Shown here in pieces: positions 20,472-33,543 of a DNA stretch of 64,000 bases. The position numbers were made by a program, and so were the translations under genes. The stretch is from a bacterium (GTDB taxonomy: Bacteria; UBA8248): NCBI GenBank assembly GCA_965200245.1, contig CBDATS010000015.1:224001-288000 (forward strand), written 5' to 3'. A model generated the notes under the pieces. It was given only the letters and a program-made list of their open reading frames with translations. It had not been told where the DNA came from and ran no database searches. How positions within the stretch are numbered: the stretch's first letter is position 1; the number at the start of each line of letters is the position of its first letter.

Positions 20472-21914
20472 ATGGTATTGCAGCATAAACTGGCTATAAG
20501 ATCGGAGCAACGTCTCGTTATGACCGCCATGATGCGCCAAGCGATTGGCCTCTTGCCTCTAAATCGCTTAGAAATGCAGCAGGCCGTTCAGCAGGAAATT
20601 TTAAACAATCCTTTGCTAGAAGAGATTCAGAATGAAATCAGTGAAGTGGCTGATGGAGAGATGCCGGAAATGAGAAACGATGTTCCCGAGAACCAAAATG
20701 ATGAACGAGGCGACGTTGAAATCGATTGGGAAAATATTGTGCAGGGCAATTATGGTGAATTTGCTTATCCTGCCTCAGATGATGAGTTTCCTTCTCGTGA
20801 GCAGACTTTGGAGCGGACTGTCACCTTGCATGAACATCTGGAATGGCAATTGAGTCTTTCCATAGTTCCCGAACCGGTTGCAAGGGTTGCCGAGCAGATT
20901 ATCTGGAATATCAATGATGAGGGATACCTTGAAGCCGATGTGCAAGAGTTGGCGGACAATTTGGGCCTAGGGCTTTTCGAGGCGGAAAAGGCATTAGCTT
21001 TGGTGCAAGGGTTCAATCCAACCGGAGTTGCTGCAAGAACGCTTCAAGAATGCATTCTTATGCAATTGAATAATAATGATTTGCATTCAATTTACTGTTT
21101 GTCGATTTTAGATTTGGCGCGGGTTTTGGTGCTCGAAGATATTGAAAAAATCGGTGAACGGCAATATGCGAAACTCGCCAAGGCCAACAGCGTCGGGGTG
21201 GAAGATGTCTTTCAGGCGGTTCAAATCATTCAAAGTCTCGATCCTCGCCCGGGTTTACAATTTTCGCAGCAAAGAGTGGAGGTAGTGGCTCCTGATGTGA
21301 GCGTCACCAAGAGAGGTGATGATTATGAGGTAGTGCTCAATGACGATGGCCTGCCGCTTCTGCGCGTGAATTCTCTATATGCGACCATGCTGGCCGACAA
21401 AATGAATACTTCTTCCGAAACGCGGGATTATCTGGAAGAAAGGCTTAGGGCGGCTCAGTGGTTCCTCAAAAGTATTGAGCAAAGAAGGCAGACGATACTG
21501 AGAGTTTGCCGAAGTATTGTTCGCTTTCAAAAGGATTTTCTGGACAATGGAGTGAGTTGCTTGAAACCGCTGATTTTGAGGGAAGTAGCGCAGGATATCG
21601 GAATGCACGAATCGACTGTGAGCCGTGTTACAACGGACAAGTACATGGATACGCCGCAAGGCGTTTTGAATTTGAAGTATTTCTTCCATAGCGGGTTGGA
21701 ATCGAGTGCGGGGGAGAGCACTTCTTCGGTAGCGATAAAAGAAATCATCAAGAAAATGGTGGCACAGGAAAGTCCCGATGAGCCGCTCACAGACCAAAAA
21801 ATTGCAGATGGGCTCAAGAAGGAAAACGTGGCGATTGCGAGGCGAACGATTACAAAATACCGAAAAGAACTGCGAATTTCTCCCGCTGGCAAAAGACGGA
21901 AGATTCGGCTATGA
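20472..21914 (+). CDS. rpoN: RNA polymerase sigma-54 factor
   Basis: GVAARTLQEC, GMHESTVSRV, LKYFF, RpoN box ARRTITKYR; ATG at 20472. Confidence 0.96.
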   Translation: MVLQHKLAIRSEQRLVMTAMMRQAIGLLPLNRLEMQQAVQQEILNNPLLEEIQNEISEVADGEMPEMRNDVPENQNDERGDVEIDWENIVQGNYGEFAYPASDDEFPSREQTLERTVTLHEHLEWQLSLSIVPEPVARVAEQIIWNINDEGYLEADVQELADNLGLGLFEAEKALALVQGFNPTGVAARTLQECILMQLNNNDLHSIYCLSILDLARVLVLEDIEKIGERQYAKLAKANSVGVEDVFQAVQIIQSLDPRPGLQFSQQRVEVVAPDVSVTKRGDDYEVVLNDDGLPLLRVNSLYATMLADKMNTSSETRDYLEERLRAAQWFLKSIEQRRQTILRVCRSIVRFQKDFLDNGVSCLKPLILREVAQDIGMHESTVSRVTTDKYMDTPQGVLNLKYFFHSGLESSAGESTSSVAIKEIIKKMVAQESPDEPLTDQKIADGLKKENVAIARRTITKYRKELRISPAGKRRKIRL

Positions 21915-22157
21915 CGCGCGGAGGGCCAGGATTGTTGTCAATAATAAAATCAGGAAAATCTGCTATCATGCCAATTATCCTTGGTTGGATACCTGACACA
22001 CGGTGATTTGCAAGGAATCAAGGGGAGCTATGTGCTTACAGGTCTTATGGTATTTTCACAATTTAGTATGGTGGATGAGAGGCATTACTCCGGGCGTTCT
22101 TTCGCATTCCCGGGGACACATATCGAAACTTCAGGGATGTATTGAGCATCAAGGAAT

Positions 22158-23099
22158 ATGATGGGTAAACTCTCCGTAATTCAATTGTACGAAGATTTAC
22201 GCGAAGAGTTGAAGTTATTTATTCTCTCGGGTGAATCTGGCATGGGCCGTTGGGTCAATCATACGCACTTTCAGAAAAATGGCTTGCCTCTCGCTGGATT
22301 CCTGAAAGCCGTACACCCCGACAGGATTCAGGTATGGGGCAGTACAGAGATTCGGTTTCTTGAATATCTTGAGGAGGGTGCACGCTTAGAGGCTGTGCGC
22401 AAATACTTTGGCTTGCCCTTATGCGCGGTCTTGATCACTGGAGGAAAAGATATTTCCCCGAGCATCCGGGAAGCGTCCGACAAGTCCGGCGTACCAATCA
22501 TCGTCTCGGGTTTGCCCGGCAAGGACTTGATGCCGAAATTGTCGGCGTATCTCGAGCAGCATCTCTCCCTGCATGCCCGACTCCATGGGGTCCTCGTTGA
22601 TTTATACGGTGTCGGGGTGCTCATCCAGGGGAAAAGCGGCATTGGAAAAAGCGAGTGTGCCCTCCATCTCGTCACGAGGGGGCATCGACTTGTCGCCGAC
22701 GACGTAGTAGATATCCAGTTGCGCGGGAACGAATTGGTCGGAAGAAGCACGGATTTGCTTAAGCACCACATTGAGGTGCGGGGCCTTGGAATTCTGAACC
22801 TGAAAGATCTCTTTGGTGTCGTAGCGATCCGATACGAAAAGAACGTCGAGATGATCGTGGAGTTGAGCCCCTTGACCCCGGATTTGCCTTTCGAACGTCT
22901 TGGTATTGACATTGAAACGGAAGAAATTCTAGGCAAATCCCTGCCACACGTGAAAATTCCCGTTGCGCCCGGGAGGAATATCCCTACGCTCATCGAGGTG
23001 GCAGCTCGGAATCTGTTGCTGCAAAGAATGGGTTATTTTTCCGCTGAAGAATTTACTCGAACGCTCTCCGCTCAGATAGCACTCGGGTCGACCGGTTAG
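22158..23099 (+). CDS. hprK: HPr kinase/phosphorylase
   Basis: HGVLVDLYGVGVLIQGKSGIGKSE, HRLVADD, IEVRGLGI, PGRNI. Confidence 0.96.
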   Translation: MMGKLSVIQLYEDLREELKLFILSGESGMGRWVNHTHFQKNGLPLAGFLKAVHPDRIQVWGSTEIRFLEYLEEGARLEAVRKYFGLPLCAVLITGGKDISPSIREASDKSGVPIIVSGLPGKDLMPKLSAYLEQHLSLHARLHGVLVDLYGVGVLIQGKSGIGKSECALHLVTRGHRLVADDVVDIQLRGNELVGRSTDLLKHHIEVRGLGILNLKDLFGVVAIRYEKNVEMIVELSPLTPDLPFERLGIDIETEEILGKSLPHVKIPVAPGRNIPTLIEVAARNLLLQRMGYFSAEEFTRTLSAQIALGSTG

Positions 23100-23123
23100 C
23101 CAGACAGAAAAAAGAGGCTTTGC

Positions 23124-23546
23124 ATGATAGGTTTGGTGATCGTCGGCCACGGAGACTATCCGGATGCACTGTTGAATGCAGCGGAATCCGTTTTGTCCAG
23201 CGCTTCTCAAATGAAAGCTCTTTCCCTGCGTGCAGACATGGACCCAGCTGGATTTACAGAAAAAATAGAAAAAGCGGTGAAGGAGGTGGATACGGGGGAG
23301 GGGATTATAATCATGACAGACATGATGGGAGGAGCGCCAACCAATGCCGCTCTCGCTATGCTGAATCATCCCAGAGTAGAGGTGGTGACGGGAGTGAACT
23401 TACCGATGCTCTTGAAACTATCGTTCATAAAGGGAAAGACTGTTTCCGAAGCGGCGAGATTTCTGGTGGAGTATGGAAGGCGGAATCTGGCTCAACCGAG
23501 TGAAATGATAAATTCCATAAAACAACGACCTGCCAAGGAGGAATGA
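23124..23546 (+). CDS. PTS EIIA, mannose/fructose family
   Basis: IVGHG, TDMMGGAP, VVTGVNLPMLL. Confidence 0.9.
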   Translation: MIGLVIVGHGDYPDALLNAAESVLSSASQMKALSLRADMDPAGFTEKIEKAVKEVDTGEGIIIMTDMMGGAPTNAALAMLNHPRVEVVTGVNLPMLLKLSFIKGKTVSEAARFLVEYGRRNLAQPSEMINSIKQRPAKEE

Positions 23547-23824
23547 GCGCCGTCATGGCAGAGCAAAAAATCAGCGTCAGCAATCGAATGGGGCTTCACG
23601 CCAGAGCGACTGCCAGGTTCGTGAGGCTGTCGAGCAAATTCGAAAGCGATATTTTCGTTCGATATCGTGACATGGAAGTGGACGGGAAAAGTATCATGGG
23701 TGTCATGATGCTTGCGGTTCCTCCTGGTTCGGAACTTCTAATTAAGGCTTTTGGTTCTGATGAAAACGCTGCTGTTGCGGAATTGGCGGATTTGGTTCAA
23801 TCCGGCTTTGAGGATATGGCATAG
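23543..23824 (+). CDS. ptsH: Phosphocarrier protein HPr
   Basis: GLHAR (His15), DGKSIMGVMML (Ser46). Confidence 0.93.
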   Translation: MSAVMAEQKISVSNRMGLHARATARFVRLSSKFESDIFVRYRDMEVDGKSIMGVMMLAVPPGSELLIKAFGSDENAAVAELADLVQSGFEDMA

Positions 23825-24106
23825 GGCTGCTCAAGATTATCAGGATATCGAACGCCAACAATATTGAAGTAGAATCTCTGCAGTGATTTGTAAATCCTTA
23901 ATATTTAATAGATAACATATATTTTATATTGCAAATTTTTCCTGCGCAGACAATGTTTTTGTCGATATATCTGCGAAAAAACAATATTTCCCCACAGCGC
24001 TTCCGTCCAAATTCAAGAAATGATACAAGACGCCAGAAAAGGCATGTCGTCTAGTGATGCGTCTTTTTTGATTTGATGATGACCACCATTTCCTGGGAGA
24101 TTGTAG

Positions 24107-26595
<2,489 letters not shown>

Positions 26596-26637
26596 ACTTC
26601 TTCGCACCCGATATGCCGCCCAATATGGGGAGTTTCT

Positions 26638-27945
26638 GTGCTCGGATATCTGTCCCCTATGCCACTTAGACAAAACAGGATAAAACGGTTAACGAAGAAT
26701 TTGTTTCTTGTACTTGTTTTTCTTGTTTTTTGGACGCAAGGCGAGGGGAGTGCTCTCGGCGCGCGCGGGTCAAGAACAACTATTGTCGGGATTCGAGAGT
26801 TTTCTACCCCAAGTTACTCGCGGATAGTTTTCATACTGAACCGCAAATCGCTCAATTTCAAATCGGGCGCCCTGAAGAAGCCCACTCGAATATTTCTTGA
26901 TATCCCTCAAGGGCACCTAGGAAGGGATACCCAAATCCCGAATTTCTCTTCTGGAACAAGCATCGTATCTCGGCTCAGATTCGGTAAGCCACGCAAGAAC
27001 AATCTGCGTCTTGTGATTGATATCAAGAAAACCGATGACGTCAGACACCGAATTTTTACCCTTCCAGGCCCGGAGCGCATCGTGGTGGACGTATGGGCCA
27101 AAAGCAAGAGCATCTCGAAATCTTCACAAGAGGAAACGCGCAAGCGACTGAAACCCACAAAATCTGATCGCGCACGCAGGGTGGATACTCGCCGGAAAAC
27201 GCTGACTCGCCGCGAAATGAATCTAGCGCAAAGATTTCACCATCGTCTGGGCAGAATCGTCCTGGATCCCGGACATGGGGGCAAGGATCCGGGCGCTGTC
27301 GGTTTGTCCGGTTTAAGAGAAAAACGGGTTACCTTGGACCTTGCACTAAGAACCAGGCGGGTGTTAAGGCGCATCTTGCCTGGCAATCGGGTCTATCTCA
27401 CTCGAACTACTGATAGATACATTTCTCTTCCCACCAGGACGGCGTTCGCCAACGAGTACGATGCGGATATATTCGTTTCGATTCATGCGAACAGTGCACA
27501 TTCACGACACATCCACGGAATCGAGACTTATTTTTTGAGCGAAGCCTCATCAGGCAGAGCGCTTAGACTGGCAGCGAGAGAGAATGGGACGACACTTGCG
27601 CGCATGAGCGATTTACAAAAAATTCTGAATGATTTGGGATTGAGGTCGAAGGTCACGGAATCTCAGCAGTTAGCTTTGCAGGTTCAGCAAGCCATGCTCT
27701 CTCGCCTCAAGCCAAGCTACGGTGGGGCCCGCAATTCGGGAGTGAAGCGCGGCCCGTTTTACGTGTTACTCGGAGCTCAGATGCCGAGCATCTTGGTTGA
27801 GGTTGCTTTCATCTCGAATCGGCGAGAAGCGCGTCGGATGAGCAGTCCGAAATACCGCCAAGCCCTTGCGGAAGGAATTGCAAGGGGTATCATGCGGTTT
27901 GTGGGTGATGGCCGATTCAGGAAAATCTCGGGGAAACGCCCATAG
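26638..27945 (+). CDS. amiC: N-acetylmuramoyl-L-alanine amidase (AMIN + Amidase_3)
   Basis: AMIN-like PERIVVD; IVLDPGHGGKDPGA, FVSIHANS, PSILVEVAFISN. Confidence 0.88.
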   Translation: MLGYLSPMPLRQNRIKRLTKNLFLVLVFLVFWTQGEGSALGARGSRTTIVGIREFSTPSYSRIVFILNRKSLNFKSGALKKPTRIFLDIPQGHLGRDTQIPNFSSGTSIVSRLRFGKPRKNNLRLVIDIKKTDDVRHRIFTLPGPERIVVDVWAKSKSISKSSQEETRKRLKPTKSDRARRVDTRRKTLTRREMNLAQRFHHRLGRIVLDPGHGGKDPGAVGLSGLREKRVTLDLALRTRRVLRRILPGNRVYLTRTTDRYISLPTRTAFANEYDADIFVSIHANSAHSRHIHGIETYFLSEASSGRALRLAARENGTTLARMSDLQKILNDLGLRSKVTESQQLALQVQQAMLSRLKPSYGGARNSGVKRGPFYVLLGAQMPSILVEVAFISNRREARRMSSPKYRQALAEGIARGIMRFVGDGRFRKISGKRP

Positions 27946-27979
27946 GCGCGATACCCGTTTCTTATCTGGAAACTCCTCC

Positions 27980-29347
27980 ATGTCTTGTCCAGTCTTCGTA
28001 ATCGTCGGTCGCCCGAACGTGGGTAAATCCACGTTCTTCAATCGGCTTACCGGCAGGCGGGACGCCATTGTACAGGCAGAACCGGGAGTGACGCGGGACA
28101 GACGCTACGGCGAAGGGGAGTGGGAAGGTGCCAGATTTTTTGCCGTCGATACAGGAGGAATAGCCGCATCGAAAACTGATCCATTCTTACCGAAAATTCA
28201 GGACCAGACTGCTGCCGCCATTGAGGAGAGCGATGTTGTTTTGTTTCTCGTCGATGGAATCGTAGGATTATTACCTGGTGATCATGAAGTCGCGCAGATG
28301 GTTCGTGTCTCGCAGAAACCGGCGTTGCTCATCATGAACAAATCGGATTCCAAGCGCTCGCGGGAGACGGGGTGGGATTTTTACAAGCTGGGCCTTGGCG
28401 AAGTTTGGGCTGTATCGGCGGAACACGGAACAGGTGTATCCGAGGTGATGGACGAGGCGTTCCGCATCGCTTCGCGCGAAAGCGGAACTGAAGAGGCTGA
28501 AGATGCTGATGAGTGCCGTATCGCCGTCGTTGGCCGCCCAAATGTGGGAAAATCTTCTTTCGTGAATCAAATTCTCGGAAGCGAGCGTACCTTGGTTAGC
28601 CCTGTTCCAGGCACGACGCGAGACCCTGTGGATTCCCTGTGTGCGAGAGAGGGGAAATCATACCGTTTCGTGGATACGGCAGGCATCAGGAGAAGAGGAA
28701 AGATAGGCAATCGTCAAGTGGAAGCGGTGAGCATGATAATGGCCTACCGCAGCATCGAACGTGCACAGATTGCTTTGCTCCTCATTGATGCGACCGAGGG
28801 CCCGAAAGCGATGGATGCGCAGATAGCCCGCTATATAAAGGATTCCGGCCGCGCTTGTGCGATTTTGTTGAACAAATGGGATCTTCTGGTCAAGGATAGC
28901 AAGACTTTCGATGAAAAAGTGCGTGAAATCAAGGATAAATTGATCCACGTTCATTTCGCGCCGGTCCTATCAGTTTCCGCGCTCACGGGGCAGCGGTGTG
29001 AGCGCGTTTTTGAAGTGGTGGATAAAATAAATGAATCTCACGACCGGCGCGTTCCCACAGGGCAACTGAACCGGGCGATAGCCGAAATCGTTCATGCGCA
29101 TCCACCTCCGACCGTTTCAGGAGGGCGGCGCCCCAAGTTGTATTACGCCACGCAAAGCGGTGTTTCGCCGCCCCATGTCATACTCTTTGCGAGTCTCGCT
29201 AGCCAAATTCCAGTGGAGCAATATGGGAGATACGTGGAGAACAGGCTTAGGGAGCGTTTTGATTTCGAGGGTACGCCTCTTCGGGTGAGTTTCCGCCAAA
29301 GAGGGACTAGCACTCCGCGCAGACGGACTGGAAAGGCGAGCAGATAA
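27980..29347 (+). CDS. der: Ribosome biogenesis GTPase Der
   Basis: Two GRPNVGKS motifs, PGVTRDR/PGTTRDP, DTGG/DTAG, FDFEGTPL. Confidence 0.97.
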   Translation: MSCPVFVIVGRPNVGKSTFFNRLTGRRDAIVQAEPGVTRDRRYGEGEWEGARFFAVDTGGIAASKTDPFLPKIQDQTAAAIEESDVVLFLVDGIVGLLPGDHEVAQMVRVSQKPALLIMNKSDSKRSRETGWDFYKLGLGEVWAVSAEHGTGVSEVMDEAFRIASRESGTEEAEDADECRIAVVGRPNVGKSSFVNQILGSERTLVSPVPGTTRDPVDSLCAREGKSYRFVDTAGIRRRGKIGNRQVEAVSMIMAYRSIERAQIALLLIDATEGPKAMDAQIARYIKDSGRACAILLNKWDLLVKDSKTFDEKVREIKDKLIHVHFAPVLSVSALTGQRCERVFEVVDKINESHDRRVPTGQLNRAIAEIVHAHPPPTVSGGRRPKLYYATQSGVSPPHVILFASLASQIPVEQYGRYVENRLRERFDFEGTPLRVSFRQRGTSTPRRRTGKASR

Positions 29348-29436
29348 CTTCAAGAATTTTGAGAGTTTCGGGCGAAAACGCCTCTTATAGTGTTCACACC
29401 CAGCTTTAATGATGGCCCACAAGTAATTCATTCTGA

Positions 29437-29465
29437 TTGACAAAGCGAACCTGCAATGGCAGGAT
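29437..29465 (+). promoter_or_regulatory. Possible sigma70 promoter for the EF-G gene
   Basis: TTGACA-N17-CAGGAT with TG extended -10. Confidence 0.3.
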
Positions 29466-29563
29466 TTGAGAAATGCTTATTTTCGCAATCGTCACCGAGT
29501 CGGCAAGAGGCTCTAGCTGAACGTCACGTTGCCAATAGACTAATATTAGAGGAGTTGAAGTAG

Positions 29564-31651
29564 ATGGCGGCGCACGAAATAGATAAAATCCGGAATGTTG
29601 CTTATGTGGGTGAGGGAGGAAACGGAAAAACTTCTCTCGTTGAAGCCTGCCTCTTCACTGCTGGAAGCACTGACAGGCAAGGCAAGGTCGATGGAGGGAA
29701 CTCAATCCTCGACTCCGAACCCGAAGAGGTGAAGAGAAGTTCTTCTATCTTGGGTGCCGTGGCCTACGCCAATTGGAATAGGCATCGCTTCAACCTCCTT
29801 GATACACCGGGGTACTCGAATTTCATATCCGACACCGCTGCAGCCATTCGCGCATGCGACAGCGCCGTCGTCGTTCTGAATGCGCACTCGGAACCGAAGG
29901 TGATCACTGAAAAAGTGCTGGACTGGGCCGCAGAGGAAGGCTTATGTTCGTTCTTATTTCTGAACCAAATGGATCATGAACAAGCCGATTTGAGCCGCGC
30001 GATGGAATACGCGGAAAAGATGGTCGACAAACGTCTCGCAGTTTTGCAATTGCCCGTGAACCCCGGCGCAGGTTTCAACGGAGTCGTCGACCTCATCTCG
30101 GGCAAAGTTTATACCTATAATTTGGAAGGCAATGGAAAAGGTGTGGAAGGTGATGTTCCGGCGGAGATTTCCGATACTTTTGAGGAGTATCGTGGACAGC
30201 TCATTGAATTCGCGGCGGAAGCTAACGAAGAGGTACTCGAAAAATACCTGGAAGGGGAAGAACTCTCGCCGGATGAGATCGTCGCAGGGTTGCGCCAAGG
30301 AATCCAAGAAGGTTCCTTTTTACCGGTTTTATGCGGTTGTGGTGTCAAAAACATTGGTACTGATCTTTTGCTGAACGCGATTGAGCAGTTCGGTGCGTCA
30401 CCATCGTCGCACGTGTTCAAGGCGATAAACCCTGGTGGTGAGGAGGTAAGCATTTTGGCGGATGCCGAAGAACCCTTCCGCGCCTTGGTTTTCAAGACGG
30501 TTGTAGACACATTCGCAGGCAAGTTGAATTATTTCCGAGTAGTTTCGGGCGAAGTTTCTTCCGATACCGGTGTTCTCAATACCACGCAATCCGAGAAAGA
30601 GAGAATCGGTTCCTTGCTATTTATCCAAGGGAAGGGACAGTCTCCTGTCTCCGACAGACTCGTTCCAGGAGACATCGCCGCGCTCGCCAAACTGAAAACA
30701 ACGCAAACCGGAGATACGCTTTGCGACGAGGCAGGCGCCGTCGTGTTCGAACCCATCAATTTCCCCTCTCCCGTCATTTCCTACGCTGTGGCACCTAAGA
30801 GCAAGGGTGATGAGGAAAAACTCAGTATGGCCCTCGCGCGCTTGCGTGATGAGGACCCCGCGCTCACCGTAAGCCGCGATTCCCAGACGAAAGAAATGCT
30901 TCTATCGGGTCTCGGTGTTTTGCACATTGAAGTCATAGTCGAGCGCATCAAGCGCAAATATGGCGCAGAAGTGGAGATGAAGACTCCGCGGGTGCCCTAC
31001 AAGGAAACGATTAAGGGGAGGACCAAGGTGCAGGGTCGCTACAAGAAACAAACTGGCGGCCGAGGGCAATTTGGGGACACTTGGCTCGAAATCGAACCGC
31101 TCCAGCGTGGCGGCGGGTTCGAGTTCGTGGACAAAATTGTGGGTGGTGCTATTCCAAAAACATTTATTCCGGCTGTGGAGAAGGGGATTATCGAAGCGAT
31201 GGACTCGGGCACTCTGGCCGGCTATCCGGTGACGGATCTGAAAATCACGCTGTATGACGGTAGTTTTCACAATGTCGACAGTTCCGAAATGGCGTTCAAG
31301 ATTGCTGGCTCTTTAGGTTTCAAGAAAGGCATCCAGGAATGCAGGCCTACTCTTCTGGAACCCATCATGAACATGCAAATCGTTATTCCAGAAGAGTATA
31401 TGGGCGACATCATCGGCGACATGAATTCGCGCAGAGGCAGAGTGCTCGGCATGGACCCGAGCATAGGCGGCAAGCAGGTAATCAAATCCCGGGTTCCGAT
31501 GGCGGAGGTGTTGAACTATGCGCCTGCGTTGCGGTCGCTTACCGCAGACCGGGGTGATTTCTCCATGGAGTTTTCCCATTACGAAGAAGTACCAGGGCAG
31601 ATTTCCGAGAAAATCGTATCTGAGGCGGTGTCAGCCCGTGAGAACGACTGA
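29564..31651 (+). CDS. fusA: Elongation factor G paralogue (EF-G2-like)
   Basis: Full EF-G architecture (DTPGY, LGVLHIEV, YKKQTGGRGQFG, DGSFHNVDSSEMAF, LLEPIM) with divergent G1/G2/G4; outside the str operon. Confidence 0.88.
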   Translation: MAAHEIDKIRNVAYVGEGGNGKTSLVEACLFTAGSTDRQGKVDGGNSILDSEPEEVKRSSSILGAVAYANWNRHRFNLLDTPGYSNFISDTAAAIRACDSAVVVLNAHSEPKVITEKVLDWAAEEGLCSFLFLNQMDHEQADLSRAMEYAEKMVDKRLAVLQLPVNPGAGFNGVVDLISGKVYTYNLEGNGKGVEGDVPAEISDTFEEYRGQLIEFAAEANEEVLEKYLEGEELSPDEIVAGLRQGIQEGSFLPVLCGCGVKNIGTDLLLNAIEQFGASPSSHVFKAINPGGEEVSILADAEEPFRALVFKTVVDTFAGKLNYFRVVSGEVSSDTGVLNTTQSEKERIGSLLFIQGKGQSPVSDRLVPGDIAALAKLKTTQTGDTLCDEAGAVVFEPINFPSPVISYAVAPKSKGDEEKLSMALARLRDEDPALTVSRDSQTKEMLLSGLGVLHIEVIVERIKRKYGAEVEMKTPRVPYKETIKGRTKVQGRYKKQTGGRGQFGDTWLEIEPLQRGGGFEFVDKIVGGAIPKTFIPAVEKGIIEAMDSGTLAGYPVTDLKITLYDGSFHNVDSSEMAFKIAGSLGFKKGIQECRPTLLEPIMNMQIVIPEEYMGDIIGDMNSRRGRVLGMDPSIGGKQVIKSRVPMAEVLNYAPALRSLTADRGDFSMEFSHYEEVPGQISEKIVSEAVSAREND

Positions 31652-31677
31652 ATTCCGCATATAAGAGGGTTCTTGAA

Positions 31678-32967
31678 ATGGCGAGAAAAGGAGTGAATCT
31701 TCTGGAAGGCGATGATGACGAGGAAAGGGAAGGCGACCCAGAAATGGATTCTGGAGACGGAGGAGGGGATTACGAGCGCCGCAGAGGCGGTTTCGTCGAT
31801 GCCTTGATGGTCATCCTTTTTGTGTGCGTCATGCTGGGCGGAGTGGCTTGGGCGGGATATCAGTTTTGGTGGCTTCCCAAAGTGAAAAAAGAGGCCCAGT
31901 TGAATAGGATCCACATGAAGCAAGAACAACAAAGAAAAATGCGCTTAACGAAAACGGGAGGCGCAACACAACGCGAACTGTCGTCTGCCGAGGCTACTGA
32001 ACGGTTGTATCAGCCCACAGGGTCGCAAGCCCGAAAGAGAACCATGAGCGCGCCGGATCGAAACATGCAGTCCAGTCAACCCGCGCCACCGAACCCGACC
32101 GAAGCACCGGTAACACCCGTCGCGCCGACGATGAGAGGAAATTCTGCTTTACCGAGCCCAACTGAAAAAGCGGCGCCCGCTGGAGTAGCGAGGATGGAAC
32201 AGTCCGTATCCTCGGCCCGGATTGAAAAGAAGCAGTTGGCCGCTTCCACGATGATGCAAGAGCCTGTCACTTCAGCCGGGACAATAATGAAACCAAAGCG
32301 TGAAGCTGCTCCTGCACCGCGTGAAGTTGTTACGACACCACAAGCGAAAATAATCGAGAAAAAAGCCACCCCAAAGGAGGCTAACCCCGGAAAACAGCTT
32401 GCCGGGAAAAAAAAGGAAAAGGTGGCGGAAAATGTCCAAAGCAGAGCAGGGGCTCGCAAACCACCTCAGGATTTTTTCTATAGTGTACAGGTGGCTTCCT
32501 GCAGCACTAAGCGTTGCGCGGACTCATTTTTAAAGCGCTTGAAGGGCAAGGGATTTTCCGCGTTCAGAGTGGTCGGTTCCGGCCGTGTGAAAAAATCCGG
32601 CGCTCGTATGACGGAAGTGCGCCTGGGAGCGTTTTCGAGTTTGGTTGAGGCACGGGCCTTGGCCAGTAGAGCGAAAAAGAAAAAGATCAGGGCCCGGGTG
32701 TATCGCTCCGACAATCGTTGGAGGGTCGCGGCGGGAAGTTTCAGGAACCTGGAAGATGCCGCTCTTCTTTTGGATCACGTGGAGGATTCCGGTTTTCGCG
32801 GCGAGCTTGCGTCTCGTCTCCAGCGTGGAAGTGGAGGGAATAGGCGGTTTTACAGGGTACGGACCGGGAAGTTCCAGAGCCTTCGTGAGGCATTGGCGTT
32901 CAGGGAGAAAATACGACAAGGCGGATTTTCAGACGCCATCGTAGTTCGCCAAAGGTTGCGAAAATAG
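31678..32967 (+). CDS. Membrane-anchored SPOR domain protein
   Basis: One TM, long Pro/Ala/Lys linker, [22 protein letters not shown] repeats. Confidence 0.8.
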   Translation: MARKGVNLLEGDDDEEREGDPEMDSGDGGGDYERRRGGFVDALMVILFVCVMLGGVAWAGYQFWWLPKVKKEAQLNRIHMKQEQQRKMRLTKTGGATQRELSSAEATERLYQPTGSQARKRTMSAPDRNMQSSQPAPPNPTEAPVTPVAPTMRGNSALPSPTEKAAPAGVARMEQSVSSARIEKKQLAASTMMQEPVTSAGTIMKPKREAAPAPREVVTTPQAKIIEKKATPKEANPGKQLAGKKKEKVAENVQSRAGARKPPQDFFYSVQVASCSTKRCADSFLKRLKGKGFSAFRVVGSGRVKKSGARMTEVRLGAFSSLVEARALASRAKKKKIRARVYRSDNRWRVAAGSFRNLEDAALLLDHVEDSGFRGELASRLQRGSGGNRRFYRVRTGKFQSLREALAFREKIRQGGFSDAIVVRQRLRK

Positions 32968-32977
32968 GGAGTTCGAC

Positions 32978-33364
32978 ATGGCTCAGATACCCGACAAATT
33001 GTTCTTTAAGATTGGTGAAGTGGCGGAATTGACGGGTACGAAGCCCCATGTGTTGCGCTATTGGGAGAGTGAATTCCGGATGCTCCGGCCAGCGAAGGGC
33101 GATTCCGGCCAACGAGCATATCGTCGCAAAGACGTGGAACTCGTTATGTCGATTAGACAATTGTTGTATGAAGAGAACTTCACAATTGCCGGAGCCAAGA
33201 AACAGCTTCAAAAACAAAGAACAGCAAGGAAAAAACCTGAACAGTCCAAGCCGGAGGCAACTCCCTTGCTGCCGCTTGAAAGCTCGAGCGTTGACAAAGT
33301 CGATCTGATATGGGTTCGCAATGAACTCAGGGAAATACTCGGCATTCTCGATAAGGGATATTGA
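32978..33364 (+). CDS. MerR family transcriptional regulator
   Basis: [46 protein letters not shown], the family usually next to ihfA. Confidence 0.9.
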   Translation: MAQIPDKLFFKIGEVAELTGTKPHVLRYWESEFRMLRPAKGDSGQRAYRRKDVELVMSIRQLLYEENFTIAGAKKQLQKQRTARKKPEQSKPEATPLLPLESSSVDKVDLIWVRNELREILGILDKGY

Positions 33365-33543
33365 CTCTTTGCCTGTTTGAATTTGACTCTACATGTCCAT
33401 TTTTTCAGTAGCAGATTGACTCCTTGGTTCGTTCCACTTATTGTGCGAACCGTTTTGGGCGGGCGACGAGAAAATGATTGATACGCTTTTGCAAAAGCCG
33501 TTAACGGCTGTAGTGATGTTTCAAATCAAGGGGTTATACCAAA

